Shown: positions 29,572 to 38,426, numbered from the stretch's first letter. The stretch is DNA of 64,000 nt from Candidatus Eiseniibacteriota bacterium (GCA_044222065.1 JBGAOA010000003.1:40302-104301), one strand, 5' to 3'. Numbers and translations: made by a program. The notes: generated by a model from the sequence alone, not told the origin.

Positions 29572-30389
29572 GGATGACGGCCGGCATCGACGTGGGTTCG
29601 ACGTACACGAAGGCCGTGGTCGTGGACGAGTACGGCGCGATCGCGGGCCGCGCGATGGAGCCGACCGGCTTCCGGCTCACCGAGGTCGCGAACCGCACGC
29701 TCGAGGCGGCGGCCGCGAAGGCCGGCTGCCGGCGCGAGCACGTCGCGTACGTCGTCGCGACCGGCTTCGGGCGGCACCAGGCGACGTTCGCGGACATCCA
29801 CGTGACCGACCTGACGGCCGCGGCGCGCGGCGCGTCGAAGCTGTTCCCGCTCACGCGCACGATCCTCGACGTCGGTGGCCAGACGATGAAGGCGACGAAG
29901 CTCACCGAGGACGCGAAGGTCCACTCGTTCCGGCTCAACGACAAGTGCGCCGCGGGCACGGGGGCGTTCCTCGAAAAGACCGCGCGCTACATGGGCTACG
30001 CGACCGAGGAGATCGGGCCGCTCGTCGAGACGTCGAAGGGCACGACGAGCATCTCGGGCGTGTGCGCCGTGTTCGCCGAGTCCGAGGTCATCAACCACCT
30101 CTCGCAGGGCGTGGCGCCCGCGGACATCATGCACGGCGCGATCGTGTCGCTCGTCGGCCGCTCGGTGCAGCTCATGAAGCGCGTGAAGGCCGAGCCCGAG
30201 TACACGCTCGTCGGCGGCATCCTGCGATTCGAAGCGATGGGGCGCGTCGTGCAGGAGGCGATCAAGACCGAAGTGAACGTGCCCGCGGGCGACCTCGTGC
30301 AGTTCGTCGCCGCGTACGGCGCGGGGCTGCTCGCGCAGCGCCGGCTCGACGTGCGCTCGGCCGGGGGCGCACGCGCGACGAGCGCGTGA
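29568..30389 (+). CDS. bcrD: Benzoyl-CoA reductase second ATPase subunit (BcrD/BzdP-like)
   Basis: GTG overlapping the upstream stop; [41 protein letters not shown]. Confidence 0.75.
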   Translation: MRMTAGIDVGSTYTKAVVVDEYGAIAGRAMEPTGFRLTEVANRTLEAAAAKAGCRREHVAYVVATGFGRHQATFADIHVTDLTAAARGASKLFPLTRTILDVGGQTMKATKLTEDAKVHSFRLNDKCAAGTGAFLEKTARYMGYATEEIGPLVETSKGTTSISGVCAVFAESEVINHLSQGVAPADIMHGAIVSLVGRSVQLMKRVKAEPEYTLVGGILRFEAMGRVVQEAIKTEVNVPAGDLVQFVAAYGAGLLAQRRLDVRSAGGARATSA

Positions 30390-30721
30390 GCGTCGGCATG
30401 GGCAACGCCCCGGAATCGGACGCGAAGGACGAGCGCGCGCAGCGCTCGCTCGCGAACCTCGTGCGCGCCGAGGCGCTGCGGGCGGATGCCGAGGAGCGCA
30501 TCCGCCCCGATCCCGCGCGGCTCGAGCAGGGCTGGACGTTCCGCTTCGCGATCGAGTCGTCGCGCGCATCGGATCTCGTGACGCTCTACGAGTCGAGCGG
30601 CTTCGAGGTGATCGCCGATCCCGTGAAGGTCGAGCAGGTCGGCGACGAGTGCGCCGACTGCCGACTGATGCTGCAGCGCACGTACGTCGCGATCTACACG
30701 CGGACGCGCGAAGCGGGCTGA
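30386..30721 (+). CDS. Small hypothetical protein with CxxC
   Basis: GTG overlaps the bcrD stop (alternative ATG 30398); GWTFRF...LYESSGFEV...ECADC...YVAIYTR; GC3-rich codon usage. Confidence 0.75.
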   Translation: MSVGMGNAPESDAKDERAQRSLANLVRAEALRADAEERIRPDPARLEQGWTFRFAIESSRASDLVTLYESSGFEVIADPVKVEQVGDECADCRLMLQRTYVAIYTRTREAG

Positions 30722-30725
30722 GCCC

Positions 30726-32849
30726 CTACCCCCGCTCGATCAGCTCCCGGAGCATCGCGGGGTCCACGGGCTTCGTCAGGTGGTGGTCGAAGCCGGCGTC
30801 CTTCGCGCGCCTTCGATCCTCTTCCTGACCGAGACCCGTCAGCGCGATCAGGCGCGGGCCGTCGCCGTTCCGCTCGCGCAGCGCGCGCGCGACCTCGTAG
30901 CCGCTCATCCCCGGCAGCCCGATGTCGAGCAGCACGACCTTCGGGTTCCCGAGCCCGAACAGCTCGATCGCCGCGGGGCCGTCGTGCGCGACCTCGACGT
31001 CGTGACCCCAGAGCCGCAGCAGTTCGGCGAGGCTCTCGGCCGAATCGCGGTTGTCGTCCACGACGAGGATGCGCATCGCGTCGGCCGCGGGTCCCGTCGC
31101 GGCGGAAACACGCGCGCCGCGCTTCACGCGCTCGGCCGCGTCGGCGGGGGCCGCGACGCGCGTGAGCCGCAGCGTGAACGTGCTGCCCTTGCCCGTCCCG
31201 CCGCTCTCGGCGCGGATGCCGCCGCCGTGCATCTCGGTGAGCCGCTTCGCGAGCGACAGTCCGATGCCGAGCCCGCCCTGCGCGCGCGTCACCGTGGGAT
31301 CGAGCTGCGTGAACGGCTCGAACACCCGCTGCAGCATCTCCTTCGGAATCCCGACGCCGTCGTCGCTCACGCGCACGATCGCGTCGCTCGACGACGTGCT
31401 CAGCGCCAGGTCGATGCGCCCGCCGTCGCGCCCGTACTTGACCGCGTTCGAGAGCAGGTTGCCGAGGATCTGCGCGATGCGCGTTGGGTCGGCGTGCACC
31501 CACACGGGCTGCGCGGACGGGGTCAGGCGCAGCGACTGGCTTCGGGCGCGCGCGAGCGGCTCGGCGTCCTCGGCCGCCTCGGCGACGAGCGCGTTCAGCT
31601 CGACGGGCTCGCGGCGCAGCACGATCTTGCCCTGGCTGATGCGCGACGTGTCGAGCAGGTCGTCCACGAGCCGCGACATGTTCTGCACCTGCCGCCGCAT
31701 CATCGCGTGCGCCTGACGCTCCTCGGGCGGCGTGCCCTCGGCGCGCGCCTCGAGCACGTGCAGTGCGTTGCTGAGCGGCGCGAGCGGGTTGCGCAGCTCG
31801 TGCGCGAGCACGCTCAGGAACTCGTCCTTGCGCTCGTGCGCGATGGACAGCTCGCGCATGCGCTCGTCCATGCGCTGCTCGGCGGCGACGACGCTGCGCG
31901 TCACGGGCAGCGCGGTGCTGCCGCCCACGATGATGCCGGCGACGAGCATGACGAGGACCGCGATCAGGCCCACGCGGATCGCGCGGCGCGCCGCGTGCTG
32001 GGCCTCGACGACGTCCGTGCTCGACAGGCTCTGGATGCCGTCGGCGATCAGCAGCTCGAGACGCTTCGACACGTCGAGGAAGCGGTCGAGCGTGCGGTTC
32101 ATGCGCTCCCCGGCATCGAACGCCGCGTGGCCGCGCGCGACCACCTCGTCGAAGCCGGGCTGAAGGTGCGAGAGCGCCTCGAGTTCCTCGGGGCCGAGCT
32201 TCATCTCGTGGTAGCGCGCGAGCCGCTGCTGGAAGTCGAGCGCGATGGTCTGGATGCGGCCGCGCGGCTCGGGCTCGCGCAGTCGCAGCGCGACGCCGAG
32301 CGTGCGCGACAGCGCCGCCGCGTCCGCTTCGAGTGCTGCGGCCTCGCCGATCTTGCGCGGGCCCTCCTTGCCCTTGCCGTCGAGGAGCGGCACGAGGTCC
32401 TTGCGGAACACTTCCTCGAGCGCCTCCGAGGCGCGCGCGAAGTCCGACACGAGCGCGCGCCGCGCGTCGCTCTGCGTGAGCAGCGAATCCGCGAGCGCCG
32501 CAAACCCCGCGTGCGCTTCGACCATGCGGCGACCGATCGCGCGCGAGGAGTCCGTGCGCGCGATCGTCGCGTAGCGCCCGACGAGGCTGCGGAACGCGCC
32601 GTAGCGCGCGACGATGCTCGAGTAGTCGGCGTTGCGCGCCGTCGTCAGCTCGCGCAGCACGGCCGCGCGCGTGTCGCTCACGTTGAGCGCCAGCTCGAAC
32701 GACTGCGACGTCGGCGGGTCCTGCACCGCCATGATCGTCGTGAGCGCGCGGTCGATGAGCGCGAGGCGGTGCGCGACGAACAGGCCGATGCCGACGAGCA
32801 GCAGCAGCAGCAGTCCGAAGCCGAGTCCGAGCTTGGTCGCGGTGTTCAT
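30726..32849 (-). CDS. Hybrid sensor histidine kinase (2 TM, HisKA, HATPase, REC)
   Basis: KDEFLSVLAHELRNPLAP, NLLSNAVKY, DDGVGI, GGLGIGL; REC VLLDIGLPGMSG...HLTKPVD. Confidence 0.95.
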   Translation of the reverse strand: MNTATKLGLGFGLLLLLLVGIGLFVAHRLALIDRALTTIMAVQDPPTSQSFELALNVSDTRAAVLRELTTARNADYSSIVARYGAFRSLVGRYATIARTDSSRAIGRRMVEAHAGFAALADSLLTQSDARRALVSDFARASEALEEVFRKDLVPLLDGKGKEGPRKIGEAAALEADAAALSRTLGVALRLREPEPRGRIQTIALDFQQRLARYHEMKLGPEELEALSHLQPGFDEVVARGHAAFDAGERMNRTLDRFLDVSKRLELLIADGIQSLSSTDVVEAQHAARRAIRVGLIAVLVMLVAGIIVGGSTALPVTRSVVAAEQRMDERMRELSIAHERKDEFLSVLAHELRNPLAPLSNALHVLEARAEGTPPEERQAHAMMRRQVQNMSRLVDDLLDTSRISQGKIVLRREPVELNALVAEAAEDAEPLARARSQSLRLTPSAQPVWVHADPTRIAQILGNLLSNAVKYGRDGGRIDLALSTSSSDAIVRVSDDGVGIPKEMLQRVFEPFTQLDPTVTRAQGGLGIGLSLAKRLTEMHGGGIRAESGGTGKGSTFTLRLTRVAAPADAAERVKRGARVSAATGPAADAMRILVVDDNRDSAESLAELLRLWGHDVEVAHDGPAAIELFGLGNPKVVLLDIGLPGMSGYEVARALRERNGDGPRLIALTGLGQEEDRRRAKDAGFDHHLTKPVDPAMLRELIERG

Positions 32850-33001
32850 GGGCGCGGCAGTATAGCGCCCGGACCCGCGCCGGACGCGGTCCGCGCCGTC
32901 CCCGCAGCGCGCGGGTGACGCGCCCGCCGCACTTGCCCGCGGGCCGCCGCGGCAGGCATCTTTGCGGCCCCCGCAGGACCCGCGATGACCCCGGAGCGCC
33001 C

Positions 33002-33628
33002 ATGTCCCACGATCCGCTGCGCCGCGACTTGTACCTGCGCACCCTCGCGCGGCTGCGCCGGAGCCTCGATCACGAGCTGCGCTCGCACGCGGGCAGCGTG
33101 TCGCTGCAGCTCGACCTGATGAGCGAACTCGTCGCGCGCGGCGTTGCCGACGGCGCGAAGCTCGAGACGCCGATCCAGCGCGCGAAGACCGGGCTCGAGC
33201 GGCTGCGGAAGACGGCGGCGGCCGTGGTCGAGGCGACCGACGTCGAGCGTGGACGAAATGGCGCGGACCTGGGCGCGGTGCTGCGGGGTATCGAGGGGCT
33301 GCTCGCGCCGCGCGCGCGCGAGCTCGGGGTGACGTGGGCGGCCGTGGCGCCGCTCGAGCCGGTGCCGCTCGCGGGCGATGGCGACGCGGTGCGCGAGGCG
33401 CTCACGATCGCCGCCGTCGAATCGCTGGAGGCGCTGCCGAACGGTGCGCGCCTCACGCTCGCGGCCGCGGTGGACGGCGGACGCGCGGCGGTCGCGCTCG
33501 AAGGCGCGATCGCCGATCCCTCGAGCCCGACGCTCGCGCTCGTGCGCGCCGCGATCGCCTCCGCCGGCGGCGAGGCCGTCGCGGGCGACGACGGCGCGCC
33601 GCGCTTCACGCTGCCGCTCGCCACCTGA
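33002..33628 (+). CDS. Degenerate histidine-kinase-fold protein (possible phosphotransferase)
   Basis: H-box-like LDHELRS, followed by a HATPase-like region ending RFTLPL that lacks N, G1 and G2 boxes. Confidence 0.6.
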   Translation: MSHDPLRRDLYLRTLARLRRSLDHELRSHAGSVSLQLDLMSELVARGVADGAKLETPIQRAKTGLERLRKTAAAVVEATDVERGRNGADLGAVLRGIEGLLAPRARELGVTWAAVAPLEPVPLAGDGDAVREALTIAAVESLEALPNGARLTLAAAVDGGRAAVALEGAIADPSSPTLALVRAAIASAGGEAVAGDDGAPRFTLPLAT

Positions 33629-33642
33629 TCGAAAGAGGAGCC

Positions 33643-35004
33643 ATGGTGCCGCTCGCACTGGTCGTGGACGACGACGCCGAACTGAGGGCGGCACTCGCCG
33701 ACATCTGCCGGCTCGAGGGCTTCGACACGGCCGAGGCCGGCTCGCTCGCCGAAGCGCGCGCCGCGCTCGCGCGCCGCACGCCCGACGTCGTGCTCACCGA
33801 CCTCGTGCTGCCGGACGGCAGCGGCACCGACCTCGTGCCGGCCGCGACCGACGCGCCGCGCCCCGAGATCGTGCTCGTCACCGGTCACGCGAGCGTCGAG
33901 TCCGCGATCGCCGCGATCCGCATCGGCGCGCTCGACTACCTCGTCAAGCCGCTCGACGTGCAGCGACTCAAGTCCATCCTCGCGAAGGTGACGCCGGCGC
34001 GCGCGCGCAAGGCCGAGATCGCCTCGCTGCGCGGCGCCTCGAAGCAGGACGGGCGCTTCGGCCCGCTGATCGGCTCGTCGCCCGCGATGCAGCACGTCTA
34101 CGACCTGATCGCGCGCGTCGCGCCGACGAGCGCCACGGTGCTCGTCACGGGCGAGAGCGGCACGGGCAAGGAACTCGTCGCGCACACGGTCCACGAGCTG
34201 AGCCCGCGTCGCGAGCGTCCGTTCGTCGCCGCGAACTGCGGCGCGTTCCCCGCGAACCTCATCGAAAGCGCGCTGTTCGGCCACGAGCGCGGCAGCTTCA
34301 CGGGCGCCACGCAGCAGCGGCGCGGGCTGTTCGAGCAGGCCGACGGCGGCACGCTGTTCCTGGACGAGATCACCGAGATGCCGGTCGAGCTGCAGCCCAA
34401 GCTGCTGCGCGTGCTCGAGACCGGGCGGCTCACGCGCATTGGCGGCGAGGGCGAGTTCCCGGTGGACGTGCGCGTCGTCGCGGCGACGAACCGCGCGCCC
34501 GCCGACGCCGTGCAGAAGGGCCGCCTGCGCGAGGACCTCTACTACCGACTCAATGTGTTCCCGATCGAGATGCCGCCGCTGCGCGCGCGCGGCGACGACG
34601 TCGCGCGCCTCGCGCAGCACTTCCTCGACGCCGTCGGCCGCGGCGCCGGCGAGCCGTACCGCTTCGGCGCCGACGCGCGCGCCGCGTTCCGCTCGCACAG
34701 CTGGCCCGGCAACGTGCGCGAACTCAAGAACTGGGTCGAGCGCTGCGCGATCCTCGGCCGCGACGTGGTCGAATTCGGCCGCACCGCCACACCCGCGAGC
34801 GGGCCGGCCGCAGCGGGCGGCGCGTTCACGAACCTGCGCGTCGGCATGACGCTCGACGAGATCGAGCGCGTCGTGATCCTCGCCACGCTCGAGCACTGCG
34901 AGGGCGACAAGCGCCGCGCCGCCGAGACGCTCGGCATCAGCCTCAAGACGCTCTACAACCGGCTCAACGAGTACGAGGCGCGCAGCAGCTCGTCGCCGGA
35001 CTGA
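33643..35004 (+). CDS. sigma54-dependent response regulator (NtrC family)
   Basis: REC (VLTDLVLPDGSG), [43 protein letters not shown]. Confidence 0.95.
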   Translation: MVPLALVVDDDAELRAALADICRLEGFDTAEAGSLAEARAALARRTPDVVLTDLVLPDGSGTDLVPAATDAPRPEIVLVTGHASVESAIAAIRIGALDYLVKPLDVQRLKSILAKVTPARARKAEIASLRGASKQDGRFGPLIGSSPAMQHVYDLIARVAPTSATVLVTGESGTGKELVAHTVHELSPRRERPFVAANCGAFPANLIESALFGHERGSFTGATQQRRGLFEQADGGTLFLDEITEMPVELQPKLLRVLETGRLTRIGGEGEFPVDVRVVAATNRAPADAVQKGRLREDLYYRLNVFPIEMPPLRARGDDVARLAQHFLDAVGRGAGEPYRFGADARAAFRSHSWPGNVRELKNWVERCAILGRDVVEFGRTATPASGPAAAGGAFTNLRVGMTLDEIERVVILATLEHCEGDKRRAAETLGISLKTLYNRLNEYEARSSSSPD

Positions 35005-35039
35005 GGCTGGAGGTCGCGCTCGCCGCGGCTCGCCTCGCA

Positions 35040-35052
35040 TGTAGGGCCTACA
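35040..35052. promoter_or_regulatory. Palindromic upstream activator site candidate
   Basis: Perfect palindrome TGTAGG-G-CCTACA about 85 bp upstream of a sigma54 promoter. Confidence 0.55.
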
Positions 35053-35135
35053 AAGGGCGCGGCACCTCTTACACCGTGGACGCCCCGCCGGCGGATCCGC
35101 GACGCACTTCCAAGCACTTGCGCCGCGAAACCGGA

Positions 35136-35151
35136 TGGCACGCACGCTGCA
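35136..35151 (+). promoter_or_regulatory. sigma54 -24/-12 promoter
   Basis: TGGCACG-CACG-CTGCA with exact GG-N10-GC spacing; IHF-core-like CAA-N4-TTG at 35111-35120. Confidence 0.7.
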
Positions 35152-35290
35152 AAGCGTCGCGAGCGAGGTCCTCGGTCGCGGGGTGGAACTGGAGAGCAAC
35201 CGCGCTTCCGAGCCTCAGCCAAAGGTGCTCCGGGATCCGAAAGCACGTGGGGAGCGGCCAAGGTCCCGGAGCGCCAGGAGGTTTGAACCC

Positions 35291-35455
35291 TTGCGGTGGT
35301 CGCTGAGTTCACTGGCGATCGTGCTGTGGCTGATGGGCATGGTGACGGGCTACACGCTGCGTGGCTACGTGCACCTGCTGCCGCTGATCGCGATCGGAAT
35401 CGTCTTCACCGCGCGTCGCCGCGATGCGCGGCTCCATCGAAGAAGCGCGTACTGA
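35291..35455 (+). CDS. lmo0937-like small membrane protein
   Basis: TTG 9 nt after AGGAGG; LAIVLWLMGMVTGYTLRGYVHLLPLIAI resembles the lmo0937 family pattern (LWLLG..T.YT.GG.IH.L). Confidence 0.65.
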   Translation: MRWSLSSLAIVLWLMGMVTGYTLRGYVHLLPLIAIGIVFTARRRDARLHRRSAY

Positions 35456-35750
35456 ATCACTCCGGCATCGACGGAAGAGCCCGGGCGCACGACAACCGGG
35501 AACCGACTACGAACCTCGGGTTCTTCTGAAGGTGCCGGGTTCCTCGGCGAAGGCACGGCGTTTCGCATCTCGATGAGTCGAATCGCCGCCGCGCCGATCA
35601 CGAGGATTCGGACGGGGCTCGGCCGGGTGCGGCCCCCGGCTAACACCGATCCGAATGACACGCCGGGTGCGAGGCGATCCGCAAGGACCGCTCTTTCGCC
35701 CGGCGATGTCGTTTGGGGGCGGGAGTCCGTGCGCCTATCCTCGCGCGCCC

Positions 35751-36620
35751 ATGACCGCGCTCACGCTCGTGCTCGTCCTCGCCTCGGCGGCGATCCATGC
35801 GACGTGGAACCTGTGGACGAAGCAGATCGGCCACACCGCACGCTCGGGCACGCTCATGTGGGCGTTCACGGCGATCTCGTCCGTGCTCTATGCGCCGTTC
35901 GCGCTCGCGCTCGCGGCGCGCACGGGCTGGCGGCCCGATGCCGCATCGTTCGGCTGGATCGCGGGCAGCGGCGCGATCCACGTCGTCTACTTCCTGCTGC
36001 TGATCCGCGGCTATCGCGCGAGCGACCTCTCGATCGTCTATCCGGTCGCGCGGGGCACCGGGCCGCTGCTGTCGGCGGCGGCCGCGATCGCGATCTTCGC
36101 CGAGCGGCCGACGGCGCTTTCGGTCGCGGGCGCGCTGCTCATCGTGCTCGGCGTGCTCGCGCTCACGGCGCGCGTGCCGGGCGCGGACGGCGGACGCGCG
36201 GCCGCGGGACTCCGTTACGGGCTCGCAGTCGGCGGGCTCATCGCCGTCTACACGCTGTGGGACGGCTGGGCCGTGAAGCGCGCCGGCATCCCGCCGCTGC
36301 TCTTCTACTGGGGCGGTGAGATCACGCGCGTGCTGCTCTTCACGCCGGCGGCGATCGCCGACCGCGGCGGGCTCGTGAAGCTCCTCCGCGCGCACGGGCC
36401 GCGCGTGTTCGGCGTCGCGGCGCTGAGCCCGCTGAGCTACATCCTCGTGCTGATCGCGCTCACGATGGGCGCCGTCAGCCACATCGCGCCCGCGCGCGAG
36501 CTGAGCATCCTGATCGGCACCTGGCTCGGCGGCCGCGTGCTGAGCGAGGGCGAACGGGGCCGGCGCCTCGTCGCGGCCGCGGCGTTCGTCGCGGGCGTCG
36601 TCGCGCTCGCGTTCGCGTGA
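35751..36620 (+). CDS. EamA/DMT family transporter
   Basis: SAAIHATWN, SDLSIVYPVARGTGP, IAVYTLWDG, APARELSI; about 10 TM. Confidence 0.9.
   Translation: MTALTLVLVLASAAIHATWNLWTKQIGHTARSGTLMWAFTAISSVLYAPFALALAARTGWRPDAASFGWIAGSGAIHVVYFLLLIRGYRASDLSIVYPVARGTGPLLSAAAAIAIFAERPTALSVAGALLIVLGVLALTARVPGADGGRAAAGLRYGLAVGGLIAVYTLWDGWAVKRAGIPPLLFYWGGEITRVLLFTPAAIADRGGLVKLLRAHGPRVFGVAALSPLSYILVLIALTMGAVSHIAPARELSILIGTWLGGRVLSEGERGRRLVAAAAFVAGVVALAFA
36541..36620 (+). repeat. 80-bp direct repeat, copy 1 (3' end of EamA gene)
   Basis: 76/80 identical to 38347-38426. Confidence 0.95.
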
Positions 36621-36624
36621 TGAG

Positions 36625-38349
36625 ATGAGCGGTCTCGCGGCACCTCGGATCCCAGCGGGAGGCCGGCGCGCGCCGCGCGGCGCCGGGCGGCCTGCCGGGC
36701 CGCCGGCCGCACCGCGCGATCCCGCGCTCCTCGCTGGCGCACTCGCCGCCGTCGTGACGGCGATCGCGCTCTGGATCTTCCGCCGCGCGCTCGACGGCTA
36801 CTTCTCGCCCGACGAGTTCATCTTCCTCGAGCGCGCACGAGGACTCGCCACGTGGGCCGCGACGCCGTGGCGCGCGCTCTCGGGGCCGGCCTACTGGAAT
36901 GCCGCGCTGCGCCTCTTCGGCACCGACCCCGCGCCGTACCACGCGGTCGTGTGGACGCTCCACGGGCTCAACGTTCTGCTGCTGTTCTCGCTCGCGCGCC
37001 GCCTCGGCTCCTCGCTCGCGGTCGCGACACTCGCGGCCGGTCTCTTCGGCGCCACCCGGCTCTCGTACGTCGCGGTCTACCTCTCGGCCTCGGTCGGCGA
37101 GCTGGCATCGCTCGCGCTCGCGCTCGGCGCGCTGCTCGTGGCTCTCGGGCGGCTGCGCACGCGGGCGCCGATCGCGGCGGCGATGTTCGCGTGCGCGCTG
37201 CTCTGCAAGGAGAGCGTCGCGCCGCTTCCGCTCGTGCTGCTCTTCGTACGGGCGCACGGGACGTCGCCGGCGGATGCCGTCGGGGCCCGCCTGCGAGCGC
37301 GCTTCGCCGTCGTACTGCCGCTCCTCGTCGTGAACCTCGCCTTCGCCGCGCTCCTGTTCGCGTTCGATCGCACGCCGGGCGGGCTCGGCGGACCGGCCTA
37401 CGCCTGGCGTCTCGGTTCGAACCTGGTCCTGAATCTCGGCGACTATGCGGCCGCCGCACTCGACCTCGCCACGCCGGCGCCCGACCCGGCGCTCGCGCTC
37501 CACACGGTGGCGGGTCTCGTCGCGCTCGCGCTGCTCGCGATCGCCGCGTCAGTCGTCTGGCGCCGCTCGCGTCTCCCCGCGCTCGGCCTCGCGGGCTTCG
37601 TGCTCGGGCTCGCGACCGTGCTGCCGCTCGTCACGACGCGGAACCTCCACTACCTGTACTCGCCGACCGCGTTCCTCGCGCTCGCCGTCGCGTCGCTCGC
37701 GTTCTCGCCGCTCGAAGCGGCGTGGTCGGCGCCGGCGGCCGCACGCCGCGCGGCGATCGTCGCCGCGCTCGTGCTCGTCTCCGCGCACGCCGCGCTCACC
37801 GAGTCGCGCCTGGCCGCGCGCCACGCGGCACGCACCGCGACGCCGCCGCTCGCGCAGGACAACCTGCTCCGCCGCTGGGAATTCGCGCGCAACGTCGTCG
37901 AATCCCTGCGCCGACAATTCCCGCGCGACACCGTGCGCCTCGGCTGGATTCGCCCCGAGGGCACGACCGTCGAGCTGAGCGCGCGAACGGGCGAGGGGCT
38001 CGCAGGCGCGCCGGCGGCCCGGGCGCCGCGCGTCGATTTCGCCGATGCCGTGCTCGATCACGGTCGCGCGATTCCTGCGATGCTCCCGAACGTGCGCGAC
38101 GTGCTCATGACGCGCGGCTGGGAAGCGGCGCTCGCGGGTCGCGTCCTTTTCACGAACGAGCCGAGCGGGAGGCCCGTCGTGCTCGGCCGCGCCCCGCGCG
38201 CTCATCGGCTCGTCGCGCGGCTCTGGGAGCGGAACGCCCGGCGCGAAGAGGCGATCCGCTACCTCGAAGGCGCCATCGCTGCGGGCGAGGGGGGCGCGGA
38301 GGTCGAGTCGACGCTCGCGGGACTGCGCGCTCGCGCCGGCGCGCGCTGA
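36625..38349 (+). CDS. Polytopic membrane protein, possibly GT-C-fold glycosyltransferase-like
   Basis: DE motif after TM1 (SPDEFIFL), YH....LHGLN, ALLCKES, ~11 TM, helical TPR-like C-terminus. Confidence 0.6.
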   Translation: MSGLAAPRIPAGGRRAPRGAGRPAGPPAAPRDPALLAGALAAVVTAIALWIFRRALDGYFSPDEFIFLERARGLATWAATPWRALSGPAYWNAALRLFGTDPAPYHAVVWTLHGLNVLLLFSLARRLGSSLAVATLAAGLFGATRLSYVAVYLSASVGELASLALALGALLVALGRLRTRAPIAAAMFACALLCKESVAPLPLVLLFVRAHGTSPADAVGARLRARFAVVLPLLVVNLAFAALLFAFDRTPGGLGGPAYAWRLGSNLVLNLGDYAAAALDLATPAPDPALALHTVAGLVALALLAIAASVVWRRSRLPALGLAGFVLGLATVLPLVTTRNLHYLYSPTAFLALAVASLAFSPLEAAWSAPAAARRAAIVAALVLVSAHAALTESRLAARHAARTATPPLAQDNLLRRWEFARNVVESLRRQFPRDTVRLGWIRPEGTTVELSARTGEGLAGAPAARAPRVDFADAVLDHGRAIPAMLPNVRDVLMTRGWEAALAGRVLFTNEPSGRPVVLGRAPRAHRLVARLWERNARREEAIRYLEGAIAAGEGGAEVESTLAGLRARAGAR

Positions 38350-38426
38350 GCGCGGGCGAACGGGGCCGGCGCCTCGTCGCGGCCGCGGCGTTCGTGGCGG
38401 GCGTCGTCGCGCTGGCGTTTGCGTGA
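38347..38426 (+). repeat. 80-bp direct repeat, copy 2 (orphan EamA 3' end)
   Basis: Encodes (L)SAGERGRRLVAAAAFVAGVVALAFA*, 1806 bp downstream of copy 1. Confidence 0.95.

Noticed and set aside
26259-30389. Alternative call as 2-hydroxyacyl-CoA dehydratase plus activator
   Set aside because: Two distinct activator subunits and the adjacent had, oah and dch genes fit benzoyl-CoA reductase much better
35185-35260. GGAGAG...CTCAG...AAAGG faintly like a glycine riboswitch
   Set aside because: Core CCGAAG and CTCTCAGG elements are absent and the downstream gene is unrelated to glycine
36541-38426. Diversity-generating retroelement TR/VR pair or IS element
   Set aside because: Mismatches are not adenine-specific, and there is no reverse transcriptase, transposase or terminal inverted repeat
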